NCBI GenBank assembly: GCA_951804945.1
Contig: OX638150.1
Location: forward strand, 31,930,001-31,994,000
Direction of reading: 5' to 3'
From: Podarcis cretensis
Lineage: Eukaryota
DNA length: 64,000 bases
Positions 63,744 through 64,000 of the stretch are shown here, in pieces; position 1 is the first letter of the stretch; every line of letters starts with the position of its first letter. The notes beneath the pieces are model-generated. The model was not told the origin of the DNA. It did not search any database and was given only the letters and a program-made list of their open reading frames with translations. Both the position numbers and the translations under genes were made by a program.

Positions 63744-64000
63744 ACTTGTTCCTAGCCATTGTACTGCTCCTAAAAAAGATTCTGTGCGGCAGTCTGGCTC
63801 GTCAGCTAAGTGCGTATCTGAATATCCTGATTTAGGGCTGGGAAGGAATTTCCCTCAAGCAGATCAGAGTTTTCCTTTCCTTTCCCACTACCCATCTTAG
63901 GCATGGTACGCCATGCTTGTCTCCCCCTGTAAAACGTGGCCCTGTTTAGTCTCCTACCAGCAGAGCCCTAAAATATTCTTATGTACTTTTCAGTCTGAAA

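Noticed and set aside
63951-63998. Candidate terminal-exon acceptors (CAGCAG at 63958-63963 giving AEP-stop or EP-stop; CAG at 63991-63993 giving V-stop)
   Set aside because: The products do not resemble the conserved short basic C-terminus, and no supporting 3' UTR is visible. The true last exon is more likely beyond the window.

Overview
Eukaryotic genomic DNA from a squamate reptile. The SINE content (Sauria/Squam1- and Squam3-like copies) suggests a lacertid lizard. The window holds almost the whole ASPSCR1 (TUG/ASPL/UBXD9) gene on the + strand. It has a CpG-rich promoter (~130-700) and 15 coding exons from ATG 406 to 63373, all with GT-AG boundaries and compatible phases, giving 545 codons plus 1 nt. 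The short last exon appears to lie beyond the window. The introns carry tRNA-derived SINEs, L1/L2/CR1 LINE fragments, a Gypsy gag relic, Tc1/mariner, hAT and Harbinger-like MITEs, Penelope-like remnants and microsatellites. The most interesting leads are: (1) an intact minimal hammerhead ribozyme antisense in intron 12, with decayed copies on the sense strand; (2) clusters of TCF/LEF sites that may be enhancers for the Wnt target NOTUM, which neighbours ASPSCR1 in human; (3) a GG|N rather than GG|S TUG cleavage site; (4) a SINE 20 nt from a weak donor that gives an open read-through C-terminus; (5) a G-quadruplex motif next to the start codon; (6) a possible decayed retroviral env. All family assignments come from recognising the sequence by eye, with no database search. 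I cannot demonstrate a new biological system from sequence alone.
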